From IMG/VR virus record IMGVR_UViG_3300022928_002150, positions 1 through 64,000 of that record: DNA of 64,000 nucleotides. One strand, written 5' to 3'. The DNA is from a virus. Below the pieces are notes generated by a model, which was not told the DNA's origin, searched no databases, and saw nothing but the letters and a program-made list of their open reading frames with translations. Positions 44,253 through 54,730 of the stretch are shown here, in pieces. Positions within the stretch are counted from its first letter, which is position 1. Each line of letters begins with the position of its first letter. The position numbers and the translations under genes were made by a program.

Positions 44253-45365
44253 ATGACAAACATCATAGCAACAGATGTACAAGGTACTGAAGTAAATACA
44301 GGTATTGTTGAACTTTACGAGCTTTACCTTTCTAATAGTGATAACGACGATCCTTTCTGCTTTCATGCTGGAGTTGACTATTCGTTACGAGAATTACAAT
44401 TTTATAATGCACGAAATCCTAACAAAGTAAATATTTATACTCCTATACCAGTTAAAATGGAAGGACTTAATATTGCAAGTGATGGTGCCTCTTCAAGACC
44501 CACTATAACTATAGCAAATGTAGAACAGGTATTTACATCTACAATAGAAAGTGCTACCGGCAAATATCTAAGGTTTAGAGACCTAGTAGGTTTAAAACTA
44601 GTTAAAAGACAAACTTTGGAAAAATATTTGATAGGGCAGCCCTCTACTTCAAATGTGGAATTTCCTATACAAAGCTACTATATAGATAGGGTAAAAGAGG
44701 AAACAAATACAGAAATACAATTTGAACTAGCAGCACCATATGACTTAGAGAATATACAAATACCTGCAAGAGTGATTATAGGAAAATTCTGTCCTTGGAT
44801 TTATCAAGGCCACGCTCTAGATAGGGTAGGAGGCTGTTACTGGCCTGCTAATAACGAGAAGATAGGAGCTGCAGGTTCCATTCCTATTTTTCTTAATGTC
44901 TATGATGAGCCTTTAATAGAATTAGCTGCACTTACATCAGTTAGTGCCTTTTCGGCAAACACAACCTATGCTATTGATAGTATTGTAACGTTCAATGGGG
45001 ATTACTACAGGGCTGAGACTTTGGCCGTCGGAGGCACTCCAGACGACAATAGAGGCTTTTGGCAGATTATAAGAACCTGGACCCTATGGGAGGATGAACA
45101 ATCATATAATGCTGGTGACTATGTTAGATACGGAAATAATATATGGCGGTGTAGTACCTCTCACGAATCATCTCTTGCCGAGGGGAGGATACCCACTACG
45201 AATAGTAGGTGGTGGTCTAGAGAAGATTATTGTGGAAAAACTTTAAAATCCTGCAAAGCCAGATTTCAGGCTTCTGCAACAGCAAACGGAGTAGTATCTG
45301 CTCGCAGAAATACTACTGTAAAATTACCTTTTGGAGCGTTCCCAGGCAGTGCAAAATTTAGCTAA
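44253..45365 (+). CDS. minor tail protein L-like (tail tip)
   Basis: RPTITIAN, YYIDR, FELA.P.D, CPW.Y....C, CGK.L..CK.RF and LPFG.FPG motifs. Confidence 0.88.
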   Translation: MTNIIATDVQGTEVNTGIVELYELYLSNSDNDDPFCFHAGVDYSLRELQFYNARNPNKVNIYTPIPVKMEGLNIASDGASSRPTITIANVEQVFTSTIESATGKYLRFRDLVGLKLVKRQTLEKYLIGQPSTSNVEFPIQSYYIDRVKEETNTEIQFELAAPYDLENIQIPARVIIGKFCPWIYQGHALDRVGGCYWPANNEKIGAAGSIPIFLNVYDEPLIELAALTSVSAFSANTTYAIDSIVTFNGDYYRAETLAVGGTPDDNRGFWQIIRTWTLWEDEQSYNAGDYVRYGNNIWRCSTSHESSLAEGRIPTTNSRWWSREDYCGKTLKSCKARFQASATANGVVSARRNTTVKLPFGAFPGSAKFS

Positions 45366-46065
45366 CCATTTAATAGATATAGAAACCCACTTTAGAGAAG
45401 AGTACCCTAAAGAGGGTTGTGGACTTTTAGGTATAAAAACGGGACAATTACATTGGTTACCGTGTACAAACCATGCCACTACAAACACAGATTTTCAAAT
45501 GGACTCTGTTCAATATTTGAAATACAGTATGGAGTACACTATAGTAGGAATAGTACATAGCCACCCAGACTTAGACTCAACTCCATCGGAGACAGATATA
45601 AAAGTTTGCAATGCGGTATCTATACCTTATTATATTTTTGGCTATCCTGATATGGATCTAACTGTATTAACACCCGAACACGATAATACTGAGTTATATG
45701 GTAGAAGTTATGAGTTTGGAGTTACAGATTGTTTTGAAGCAATGAGAGATTATCTAAAATCTGTTAATATAGAGTTAAAGCCAAGAATTCTATTTGAGGC
45801 TAACTGGTGGGAAAAAGATGAAAAAATAGACTACTTTAGCCCTGAAGTAATAAAAAACTGGGGAGGAATAGAAGTTCCTCTTAATGAAGCTCAGGAAAAT
45901 GATGTTTTTATATTCTCAGTATATTCTGACGTTGCCAACCACTGCGCAGTATATCTAGGTAATGATATTATTTTTCACCATGCTGAGAACAGATTATCAA
46001 CAAAAGAAAATTTATACCCATACTGGGCTAAATTTCTAACAGGAGTATATAGATATGAAACGTAA
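45331..46065 (+). CDS. tail assembly protein K-like (JAB/MPN + NlpC/P60)
   Basis: YPKEGCG, HSHPD...PS.TD, GVTDCF and NHCAVY motifs; true start may be GTG near 45349. Confidence 0.9.
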   Translation: MERSQAVQNLANHLIDIETHFREEYPKEGCGLLGIKTGQLHWLPCTNHATTNTDFQMDSVQYLKYSMEYTIVGIVHSHPDLDSTPSETDIKVCNAVSIPYYIFGYPDMDLTVLTPEHDNTELYGRSYEFGVTDCFEAMRDYLKSVNIELKPRILFEANWWEKDEKIDYFSPEVIKNWGGIEVPLNEAQENDVFIFSVYSDVANHCAVYLGNDIIFHHAENRLSTKENLYPYWAKFLTGVYRYET

Positions 46066-46705
46066 AATACATCTACAAGGCGAGCTTAAGCATTTATATG
46101 TAGATAGTATACTCGCCGATGTTAGTTCGGTACACGAAGCCATTAAACTACTAGAAGCAAATTTTCCTAGCATTAGAAGGTATTTCTTAGATTGCCATGA
46201 AAAAGGAATAGGATTCGAGATAATAGATGGATCAAAAGTTTTAGAAGAAGAAAGTGATTTAGTGGTTGATCTTAGCTCTACAGATTTATATTTAATCCCC
46301 GTAGTTTCGGGCTCTAGTGGTGGTGTTGGTAAAATATTTACTGCCATATTGCTTGTAGCACTCGCATTTACTCCCATAGGGGGTATTGCTATTTTAGGCA
46401 CCACACTTGGCTCAATTTTAGTGGGTGTTGCTGTTAATCTTGCTTTAACTGGTATAGCAGAGATTTTAGCTCCAGATCCTTCTGTCGATGCCTCTGCTCC
46501 GCAAGCATACTTATTTAGTGGGTCTGAGCAAAATATTATAGAGGGAGATCCTGTGCCTGTTCTATATGGACAACTAGAAATTCCTGGCAGACCCATAAGT
46601 TTTTCTGTAATTAATTCTGCCGCTAAAAATAGTAACAGCCAGAGCTTCTCTGATTCGACCATAGATCCAGATGGAAGCATAAGTATTGTTGGAGGGGCTC
46701 CCTAA
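46055..46705 (+). CDS. tail assembly protein I-like
   Basis: ubiquitin-like N-terminus, hydrophobic centre, EGDPVPVLYG motif. Confidence 0.88.
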   Translation: MKRKIHLQGELKHLYVDSILADVSSVHEAIKLLEANFPSIRRYFLDCHEKGIGFEIIDGSKVLEEESDLVVDLSSTDLYLIPVVSGSSGGVGKIFTAILLVALAFTPIGGIAILGTTLGSILVGVAVNLALTGIAEILAPDPSVDASAPQAYLFSGSEQNIIEGDPVPVLYGQLEIPGRPISFSVINSAAKNSNSQSFSDSTIDPDGSISIVGGAP

Positions 46706-49700
46706 TGAGTGCAAGAGACCAAAAAATAGCAGATAAAAATAGAGGCGTACTTAGCACTTCGTTTAGACCTGATAGGTCACAGATAGTAAATATTACTGAT
46801 ATGCTATCGGAGGGCCCAATTGAAGGCTTGGTTAATGGCGAAGGGTCTATAAAGTTAAATAAAGACCCGATTAAAGATATATTAGTTGAAGGTACTATAG
46901 CTACCAGCAGTTACACTCTTATTAAAGATGGTTCTCCTAGGGATGGTGTTATTACTCCTGCTATATACACAGATGCTATACCAGGAATTACAAAGACAGC
47001 AATTCAAATTCAAGTAAATAATGCCTATGATAGTAATGTTGGCACAAGTGCCCTTATATTTCCAGGAGGCATGGCACAAGCGCAATCCTCTTTTAAGCCC
47101 TATATAGAACTAGATACTACTATCAGCTTTGCTTTCCCTAGCTGGATTAATAATGTTCGCATAGTAAAACAGTACTCTATGAGGTTGGCTCGTGAAGATT
47201 CTCCAAAAACATATTTAAAGGGCAAATTTGAAAGATACTCTGATACAACTGGAAGATTTTATTTCAAGGATACAAATACTTCACTTATACAAGTATTTTT
47301 AGATGAAGCCGAGGAGGCAGGGTCTCAGTTAAAACTACAACTAGATTATGACAATACTGTTATAGCCTCTCTTAACGATACGAATGTACTATTTGTTGCA
47401 GATTGGGATTTAGGCCCAGGAAACTTTAGTAATATAACGATCACTAGAATACTAGCGGGTAGAGGCAACGCTTCTGTTAGTGCGGGTTCAAAGTATAAAA
47501 GTGTATCTACTCAGTTTAGGCCAGGTACGTTTGAACAAGAGCCTATGCTTAATTATGGGAATTCTACAGGGGTATCTTTTGCTCAAGGCCCTTCTTTCCA
47601 GAACCAAGCATTAGAATTCTGGGATGTTTTAAGTCAGGAATATAAAGATTTAGTAGAAGTAGGAGGGGATACTTCTGGTCTTAATCTGAATAATGTTAAT
47701 CCTGTATCTTTTAGAGCCACGTCTCCTACGGGATTTGGTCTAACATATGAACAAGCTCCAGAAGTTGATGAGATTAGATTTACTTTCTCATATAATTCTT
47801 TGTACACTTACCATGCAAAAGACAATGATTATAAAGATGCGGGCGTTTTCTATAATACAAAGCTCAAGTTGTATAGAGGGGCAGATATTTCAGAAGTAAA
47901 TCTTCGAGCAGGAGATACCCAGCTATTACACTCAGCGGGAAAGAATGGCTCTAGAGGCCCCCTTTTAATTGAGGAGAGGGTATGGTTGGAGCCTTTTAAG
48001 CCTTTTGACGATTTTGAATTAATTATTGAAAGAACTACTCGACAAGAGGGAAGAGGCGTGTATCCTAGTGGAAAGAATAGCGGAAGAAGCACAACAATGC
48101 ACGCATCGTCTGCCATTACTAATATATCTTCTATTATTAAAGAACCCCTGAACTACCCCTACACTGCGTATGCTAATGTACGATTCGATAGTACGGAATT
48201 TACATCTGCTCCTCAGCGAACGTATGAATTAAGGGGTATGAGAGTTAAAATTCCTTCAAATTACAGCACCCGAGAAGAAAATAATACTGATGTTGCAACC
48301 TATGAAGGCCTCTGGGATGGTAGTTTTAGGACTGAATTAACTTATACCGATAATCCAGCTTGGGTTTTCTATGATCTAGTTACAAATAACAGGTATGGAT
48401 TAGGGGGTTGGATAAAGGATACTGATATAGATAAGTATGCTTTGTATAGAATTGCAAAATATTGCGATGATTTAGTGCCTGATGGTAAAGGTGGATTAGA
48501 GCCTAGGTATAGAGCTAACCTCTATCTTACTAAAGCGGTTGATGCCTATAAACTTCTTAAAGACATAGCGTCTATATTTGTAGGTCTAGTTTATTGGCTA
48601 GATGGAAAAGTTACTCCTATTGCTGATCAGGCGTCTTGGCCTGTATATACTTTTACAGCCTCCAACGTAGTAGACGGTAAATTTAATTATACTGGTACAG
48701 GGGCTAAAACACGACCAAACCAGATAGTTATAGGATATAATAATCCAGATAAAGACTATATAATAGACCCTATTATTGTAGAGGACAGAACCCGTATATC
48801 TCAAGAAAATAGAGTACAATCAAAGTACGTTAATGCTTTTGGAGCTACTAGTGAGGGACAGGCGCAGAGATATGGAAGATATAAATTATGGACTAGTAAT
48901 TATCAAACAGAGCTTGTAAGCTTTAAAACTTCTTTAAATGCAGCTTTTATTAGGCCGGGAGATGTAATACAAGTACAAGATCAAGCCAGGGATAGACTTA
49001 TTTCCAGCGGTAGGGTAAGTGCTGCCACATCTACTACTATTACTTTAGACAGGAAAGTACCTTTACAAGACGATATAACATACTCTTTATATGGGCTTAT
49101 AACAACTAGTGCAGCTTTTTGTGCGCAAACAACCGCTGAAATTGATGGTGTTGTATATAATAACGCAGAGGTATTACCATTAGAACTATATGTCGATGAA
49201 ACTACCGCATCTAATATATTAGATGATTCTGGTGTTCCTGTAACTGTAAGGTGGGCACCTTATACATTTATGGAAGAACGTAGTATAGACTATGCAACAA
49301 CTACTGGAGGAGTAGCAGGGTCGTATGATGTAGTTACTATTACTAGCCCATTTACGGCTTCTTTAATTCCTTCAAGTATATGGTCTATCGCTCAACTAAA
49401 TACAGAATACCAGCTTGACATTATCGGAAGTCCTCGTCTTTACAAAATTTTATCTATGTCGCAAGAAGATGTGAATATATACTCGATTACTGCAGTCGAA
49501 CATTATAATGAGAAATATGAAGATGTAGAAAGCGGGTTTGATATTTATCAAGCTGATAGATTTGATCCTCCGATAGAGAGGGCGGCCTTACGAGTACCTG
49601 CCCCTACTGCGATTTATGTTGCACAAGACTCTGATTTCAGAACAAGAGCAGATGAAGTAATTGTTAAATGGCTTCCCCCTATAGTAGATGGCGAAGAGTA

Positions 49701-52329
49701 TCAGTATCTAGCTGGATACAAAATTAGTCATAATATACCTGGAGCACCTAATCCTATATTTACAGAGAAGGGGCTAGATGCGTACTCGTTTACTGGTTTA
49801 TCGGAAGGTACGTATCAAATAGGGGTTCAAACCATTAGTACTTTAGGTACTAGCTCAACTATGACTACAGTTACTTATGCTTTAAATGACCCCTTCTCCC
49901 TTTTAATACAACGACTGGCGGATGGAGTAGGCGTAGGAGGCACTAGTTTAAAAAGTCCTTTTATAACTGCTGGAGCAACACCAACATTTAAATTTAACTC
50001 CCCTCAAGAACTTATTGTATTTCCTTCAGCAGCGCCCGAATTACCGTTGTTGATATCAAATACAGACACGCTAGACTTGACTTCGACAGGAATAGAAGAG
50101 GATAAAACATATTATGTTTTAGCCAAAAGCGGTGGCGCTTTACAACCGGATGACGATAGTAGTGTCGCTAGAAATGGATCATTGAAGTTGATTGATTTTT
50201 ACACTGAGGGAGGATTTTGGTATGATGTTATAGATACTGCAGGAGTTCCTGCCGATAATTTTTCTAATACTTCTCTGACTTCTCCCAGCGCTATATCTAT
50301 TAAAAGAGGTGAGGTGTATTTACAAGGAACTGGCACAAGCTTCTCTTCCGAAATAGAGGCTAGAGATTATATAAGAATTATAGATACAAACAGCTCTGAA
50401 GTAGTGCATGACGCTAAGGTTTTAGCAGTAATATCAGATGAATTATTAATCTTAAATAATCCAGCAACTTCTAATTATGATACAGGGTACGAAATAAAAA
50501 AATCTAGTCTTAACTTTCTTTTTGAAGAAGATACTGTAGTTGCTAGTGTGCGTAAAAGTTCTGCAACTAGTGAGTGGACCATTGTTAATTATTTAACCAA
50601 TGACCCAGATGTCGATAAAGCACGTCTAGTAAACATTATCAAGGATGGTGGAGATGCCATAGAATATGATGTTACCGGTACTGCTTTAAGTGACCAGGTT
50701 GTTCTTAACATTGATACTACGGGATACACTAACCCCATAGTTACAGTTACTGGAGACGCTTTTAATTCTTTAGACGAAAGCGAAGATACTGTAGGTACTG
50801 CCGGGGATAATCAGACAAGAACTTTTACTCTATCTGATACTTCCTATGACGCTAGTACTTTAGAGTTTAATGTATCTATAGTAGAGGGCGGAGACCCCGA
50901 TAATGTTACGACTGCAATTGATACTAACTATTATATTAAAAAACAGTATGATGCTAGTAGTTTTATAAGGTTCGAAGACTTAGAAGTTACTGTAGCAACA
51001 GCTTCCGGTACAGGTAATTTAACGTATGATGATGCGGGATTGTTTACATATACTCCTCCAGCCATAAGCACACCTGCAATACTAAGTAATGGAACTAACC
51101 CTTCTTTAAATACAAATATTACAGATTTAGAGATTCGTACTTTAATAGGGGCAGGAACATCTAACTTAGCTCTGGGAACTACAGCGGGTACGGCTTTGGA
51201 AGGAGATACAGCTCTTCTTCAATTGGGAACTACAGCTGGTACAGCTTTAGCTGGAGATACCGCTCTTCTTCAATTGGGAACTACAGCGGGTACGGCTTTG
51301 GAAGGAGATACAGCTCTTCTTGAATTGGGAACTACAGCTGGTACGGCTTTAGCTGGAGATACAGCTCTTCTTCAATTGGGAACTACAGCTGGTACGGCTT
51401 TAGCTGGAGATACAGCTCTTCTTCAATTGGGAACTACCAGTACAACGGCTTTAGCTGGAGATACAGTACTGACTACAACTTTACTTTCTTTAACTGATGT
51501 TGGGGCAGATGGTACTAGTGGACAAGTGTTAACTACTGATGGTAATGGGTCTTTTACTTTTGAAGATGCCGAAGGAGGGGTCACAACTGAAACAGATCCA
51601 ATATTTAATGCACACACTACTAGTAATATTTCAGACGGTACCGGGTTTTTAAAAAACACTGCAGGTACTTGGAGCTATGATAATAGTACATATTTAACTA
51701 CGGAAACTTCTCATGCGGATGTAGTTGTAGATGGTGACTTTACTTCGCAAGGGTTCATGGTAAGGGGTGCTAGTGCGGGAACTTATTCGATTGATAATAC
51801 TACGTACTTAGGCAATATTGTAGAAGATGTAACTCCTCAACTGGGGGCAAATTTAGATGGACAAACTTTTAATATAACTACCACGGGAGATCTTAGTGCT
51901 ACGGATATAACAGCTACTAAAGGTTTATACGTAGGAAACTCTACAGCTACTTTTTCACAAGATGACATTAGAGCAGAAGGAAATATCTATGCGTATTGGT
52001 CTTCGGATATTAATATGAAAACTGACATTCATCCTATGGAAAACGCCCTTTCGAAAGTAATGAATATTAGTGGCGTTAACTTTAATTGGAAAGATAAAAC
52101 TATTCAAGACAGGGGCGGGGAAGACGGCTACTTTGTTAAAAAGAGAGACGTTGGAATTATCGCACAGGAAGTAGAAAAAGTCTTACCCGAAGTAGTAAGT
52201 ACCCGTAAGGATGGTACTCTAGCAGTACGATACGAAGGGCTTGTACCTTTGCTCATCGAAGCAATTAAGGATCTCGAGAAAAAAGTAAGACGTTTGGAGG
52301 GTAAAGATGCCGAATATACCGAAGACTAG
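46705..52329 (+). CDS. tail tip protein J-like with C-terminal fibre and peptidase S74 chaperone
   Basis: LSEGPIEGL, YTDNPAW.FYD, FN3 segment, SD..MK.DI and V.Y..LVPLLIEAIK.L motifs. Confidence 0.9.
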   Translation: MSARDQKIADKNRGVLSTSFRPDRSQIVNITDMLSEGPIEGLVNGEGSIKLNKDPIKDILVEGTIATSSYTLIKDGSPRDGVITPAIYTDAIPGITKTAIQIQVNNAYDSNVGTSALIFPGGMAQAQSSFKPYIELDTTISFAFPSWINNVRIVKQYSMRLAREDSPKTYLKGKFERYSDTTGRFYFKDTNTSLIQVFLDEAEEAGSQLKLQLDYDNTVIASLNDTNVLFVADWDLGPGNFSNITITRILAGRGNASVSAGSKYKSVSTQFRPGTFEQEPMLNYGNSTGVSFAQGPSFQNQALEFWDVLSQEYKDLVEVGGDTSGLNLNNVNPVSFRATSPTGFGLTYEQAPEVDEIRFTFSYNSLYTYHAKDNDYKDAGVFYNTKLKLYRGADISEVNLRAGDTQLLHSAGKNGSRGPLLIEERVWLEPFKPFDDFELIIERTTRQEGRGVYPSGKNSGRSTTMHASSAITNISSIIKEPLNYPYTAYANVRFDSTEFTSAPQRTYELRGMRVKIPSNYSTREENNTDVATYEGLWDGSFRTELTYTDNPAWVFYDLVTNNRYGLGGWIKDTDIDKYALYRIAKYCDDLVPDGKGGLEPRYRANLYLTKAVDAYKLLKDIASIFVGLVYWLDGKVTPIADQASWPVYTFTASNVVDGKFNYTGTGAKTRPNQIVIGYNNPDKDYIIDPIIVEDRTRISQENRVQSKYVNAFGATSEGQAQRYGRYKLWTSNYQTELVSFKTSLNAAFIRPGDVIQVQDQARDRLISSGRVSAATSTTITLDRKVPLQDDITYSLYGLITTSAAFCAQTTAEIDGVVYNNAEVLPLELYVDETTASNILDDSGVPVTVRWAPYTFMEERSIDYATTTGGVAGSYDVVTITSPFTASLIPSSIWSIAQLNTEYQLDIIGSPRLYKILSMSQEDVNIYSITAVEHYNEKYEDVESGFDIYQADRFDPPIERAALRVPAPTAIYVAQDSDFRTRADEVIVKWLPPIVDGEEYQYLAGYKISHNIPGAPNPIFTEKGLDAYSFTGLSEGTYQIGVQTISTLGTSSTMTTVTYALNDPFSLLIQRLADGVGVGGTSLKSPFITAGATPTFKFNSPQELIVFPSAAPELPLLISNTDTLDLTSTGIEEDKTYYVLAKSGGALQPDDDSSVARNGSLKLIDFYTEGGFWYDVIDTAGVPADNFSNTSLTSPSAISIKRGEVYLQGTGTSFSSEIEARDYIRIIDTNSSEVVHDAKVLAVISDELLILNNPATSNYDTGYEIKKSSLNFLFEEDTVVASVRKSSATSEWTIVNYLTNDPDVDKARLVNIIKDGGDAIEYDVTGTALSDQVVLNIDTTGYTNPIVTVTGDAFNSLDESEDTVGTAGDNQTRTFTLSDTSYDASTLEFNVSIVEGGDPDNVTTAIDTNYYIKKQYDASSFIRFEDLEVTVATASGTGNLTYDDAGLFTYTPPAISTPAILSNGTNPSLNTNITDLEIRTLIGAGTSNLALGTTAGTALEGDTALLQLGTTAGTALAGDTALLQLGTTAGTALEGDTALLELGTTAGTALAGDTALLQLGTTAGTALAGDTALLQLGTTSTTALAGDTVLTTTLLSLTDVGADGTSGQVLTTDGNGSFTFEDAEGGVTTETDPIFNAHTTSNISDGTGFLKNTAGTWSYDNSTYLTTETSHADVVVDGDFTSQGFMVRGASAGTYSIDNTTYLGNIVEDVTPQLGANLDGQTFNITTTGDLSATDITATKGLYVGNSTATFSQDDIRAEGNIYAYWSSDINMKTDIHPMENALSKVMNISGVNFNWKDKTIQDRGGEDGYFVKKRDVGIIAQEVEKVLPEVVSTRKDGTLAVRYEGLVPLLIEAIKDLEKKVRRLEGKDAEYTED
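51172..51477 (+). repeat. six tandem 51-bp in-frame repeats (LGTTAGTALxGDTALLQ)
   Basis: near-identical DNA units; the sixth is degenerate. Confidence 0.95.
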
Positions 52330-53281
52330 TGGAAATGGATCGGACAGCGTTGACTTAAACCTAAGAGGTATTTACAATATAACCCGAGGGGCAACTTATG
52401 ATGCCGCTATTAGTTCAGGATTTGATATAGAAGGAGGTGTATTCCCACATATTAGAAGGGGCATAAATCTTACACCCGATTATTATTATGCAGGAGGCTC
52501 TTTGACTGCAGCTGGAACGTCGGATATGGTTAATAATTGGAGAAGATTTGATCATCGTACTGGTAGTTATCAATCTGCTTTTAGTTCAGACCCTAGTTTA
52601 GTTGGCCAAGCAAGCGGTTGGGATGCCGCTCCAAGTGGTATTGGAATTACTCAACCTACAAATAGCGCTGGCCTAATAGGTTTTGTATCTCCTGATAGTC
52701 AGGCACAGCAAAAGTATTATATACGAACTAAGATAACTTCAACTTCCAGCGATAACGATTCTATAGGGGTTATTCTTGCATGGAGAACTGATGGTACTAC
52801 TGAATATACTCTTTATGCTCAGAGGTCTAATAGCGATCTGGGAGGATTAGATGCCTGGTCTATTGTTGAAAATTTCAGAGGGAGTTCTAGTGGGTATAGT
52901 GCTAAGGCTGTGGGTACTTATAACTACGCCACCCCGAGTTCTTGGTCGAATTACACTAATGGTACTGTTATTGAGGTTATTAGTTCTATAGATGATGATG
53001 GAATGGGTAATTTAAGTCGTACTTTTACTTGTAGATCCACCGCTATGAACTCCTCTACTTTAGGTGACGAAATATCTTTCACAGTAAATAGTAGCAGTGT
53101 TTGGTATCCTGCAGCTCCTTATGGTTTTGCGGCTTTTTCTCAAGAAGATTGTGAATTTGGTGAAATCTATATAGGAGAAAATGAGACAGCTGCTACGGCT
53201 AGACCTATGGGCTTTGACCCAGTTGGAACTACTATAGATCCTTGGGATTTAGGAAGATATAGAAATGCTTTTTATACATAA
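52307..53281 (+). CDS. tail-associated protein, possible ConA/lectin-like domain
   Basis: last late gene; DNDSIGVIL motif; beta-rich. Confidence 0.55.
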   Translation: MPNIPKTSGNGSDSVDLNLRGIYNITRGATYDAAISSGFDIEGGVFPHIRRGINLTPDYYYAGGSLTAAGTSDMVNNWRRFDHRTGSYQSAFSSDPSLVGQASGWDAAPSGIGITQPTNSAGLIGFVSPDSQAQQKYYIRTKITSTSSDNDSIGVILAWRTDGTTEYTLYAQRSNSDLGGLDAWSIVENFRGSSSGYSAKAVGTYNYATPSSWSNYTNGTVIEVISSIDDDGMGNLSRTFTCRSTAMNSSTLGDEISFTVNSSSVWYPAAPYGFAAFSQEDCEFGEIYIGENETAATARPMGFDPVGTTIDPWDLGRYRNAFYT

Positions 53282-53283
53282 TT

Positions 53284-53307
53284 AAAAAAGGGGCTTGCGC
53301 CCCTTTA
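53284..53307. terminator. bidirectional terminator between late and early blocks
   Basis: AAAAAAGGGGC-TTGC-GCCCCTTT between convergent genes. Confidence 0.85.
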
Positions 53308-53309
53308 GT

Positions 53310-53579
53310 TTAATTAACAACAGCCTCTGGAGGGGCTTCTTCTGTTTTTGGTTCCGCAATCTCCTTTCGGAGTAGCTCCATAAACCCATTATTTGTTACT
53401 TCATATTGAGTAATTTCAAACTTTAAGTTCTGAATTTTAGCGGCAACAGATTGCAGGTGACTAATGTAATACTTAGCCAACTCTGATAAATCTGCGATTT
53501 TATGGGGAGTTCCATCAATATTAATTGATTCTGGCTCTTCCCCTTCTGGTACTTTAGGTACCGCTTGTAGATCTGTCAT
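53310..53579 (-). CDS. hypothetical coiled-coil protein
   Basis: AAGGA RBS; follows nrdB. Confidence 0.75.
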   Translation of the reverse strand: MTDLQAVPKVPEGEEPESINIDGTPHKIADLSELAKYYISHLQSVAAKIQNLKFEITQYEVTNNGFMELLRKEIAEPKTEEAPPEAVVN

Positions 53580-53588
53580 ATTTTTTCC

Positions 53589-54548
53589 TTATTTAAAAAT
53601 GTCTTGCCAGTTTCCAGTTGTGCTTGCTCTAGAGTACTCTGTTGCTCTATTCTCAAAGAAATTAGCATGCTCAACTCCGTTTAACATAAAATCTAACCAG
53701 GGTAAAGGATTATCTTTGCTGGAAAAGATTTTTTTCATACCCAAACCTAATAGTCTACGATCTGCAATATATCGAATATAGCTTTTTACTTCGTCCGGTG
53801 TTAGGCCTGGGACTACCGCGTCTTCAAAACACAAGTCAATAAAAGCGTCTTCTAGATCTACTGTGCGCTCTGCTGCACAATAAATTTCATATTTTAAATC
53901 ATCATTCCATAAGTCTGGGTTTTCTTGAATGAAAGTTCTAAACAACTGAGACATTCCTTCTACATGAAGAGTTTCATCTCGTATTGACCATGTTACAATT
54001 TGTCCCATGCCTTTCATTAAGTTATGGCGAGGAAAGTTTAGCAAAATAGCAAAACTACTAAATAACTGAACTCCCTCGGTAAACCCTGAGTAGATAGCCA
54101 TTGTTTTAGCAATATCTATAGGGGTATCCATTCCGAAGTTACTTAGATGTTCATGCTTGTCCAGCATAGCTTTATGTTCAAAAAACTTTTGGTATTCGTC
54201 GTCTCCGAAACCTAGAGTTTCAAGAAGCAAAGAATATGCTTCTTGATGAACCGCTTCCATAGCTGCAAAAGCTGATAGCATCATTCGTACTTCGGGTTGT
54301 TTAAATGTAGGTAGATAATGCTTTGCATATCCACAACATACATCAACATCTGCCTGGGTGAAAAACCTAAAAATTTGATTAATAAGTTTTCTACTTTCAA
54401 CAGGTAATTTTTCTCTATAATCTTTTAAATCATCGGCTAAGTTGACTTCATCCGGCAACCAATGCATGTGCTGTTGAGTTTTATAGTGCTCAAATGCCCA
54501 AGGATAATTAAAAGGCTTATAATAAGACCTTTCTTCTAATAAACTCAT
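53589..54548 (-). CDS. nrdB: class I ribonucleotide reductase beta subunit
   Basis: FFTQAD, EAVHQEAY, EGVQLFSSF, RDETLH and NFFE.R.TEY motifs. Confidence 0.96.
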   Translation of the reverse strand: MSLLEERSYYKPFNYPWAFEHYKTQQHMHWLPDEVNLADDLKDYREKLPVESRKLINQIFRFFTQADVDVCCGYAKHYLPTFKQPEVRMMLSAFAAMEAVHQEAYSLLLETLGFGDDEYQKFFEHKAMLDKHEHLSNFGMDTPIDIAKTMAIYSGFTEGVQLFSSFAILLNFPRHNLMKGMGQIVTWSIRDETLHVEGMSQLFRTFIQENPDLWNDDLKYEIYCAAERTVDLEDAFIDLCFEDAVVPGLTPDEVKSYIRYIADRRLLGLGMKKIFSSKDNPLPWLDFMLNGVEHANFFENRATEYSRASTTGNWQDIFK

Positions 54549-54565
54549 TATATTCTCCTAAACTG

Positions 54566-54730
54566 TTACCAGTTGTGTACTACATTTGTCATGATGAAAA
54601 AACACGTTAAAAAATTTACAAATACAATAGCTGTTCTTATTATAGCTACTATATTATCATATTCCTCTGTTTTTTCATCCGAGAAACTTCCTATTGTATA
54701 CTTCCAGATAATCCAAGCCTTAGCCCTCAC
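54566..54730 (-). CDS. small membrane-associated protein, 54 aa
   Basis: read manually: MRAKAWIIWKYTIGSFSDEKTEEYDNIVAIIRTAIVFVNFLTCFFIMTNVVHNW. Confidence 0.65.
   Translation of the reverse strand: MRAKAWIIWKYTIGSFSDEKTEEYDNIVAIIRTAIVFVNFLTCFFIMTNVVHNW

Noticed and set aside
51172-51477. Possible CRISPR array or DGR template
   Set aside because: Units are contiguous, in frame and lack unique spacers; no cas or reverse transcriptase gene in the window.
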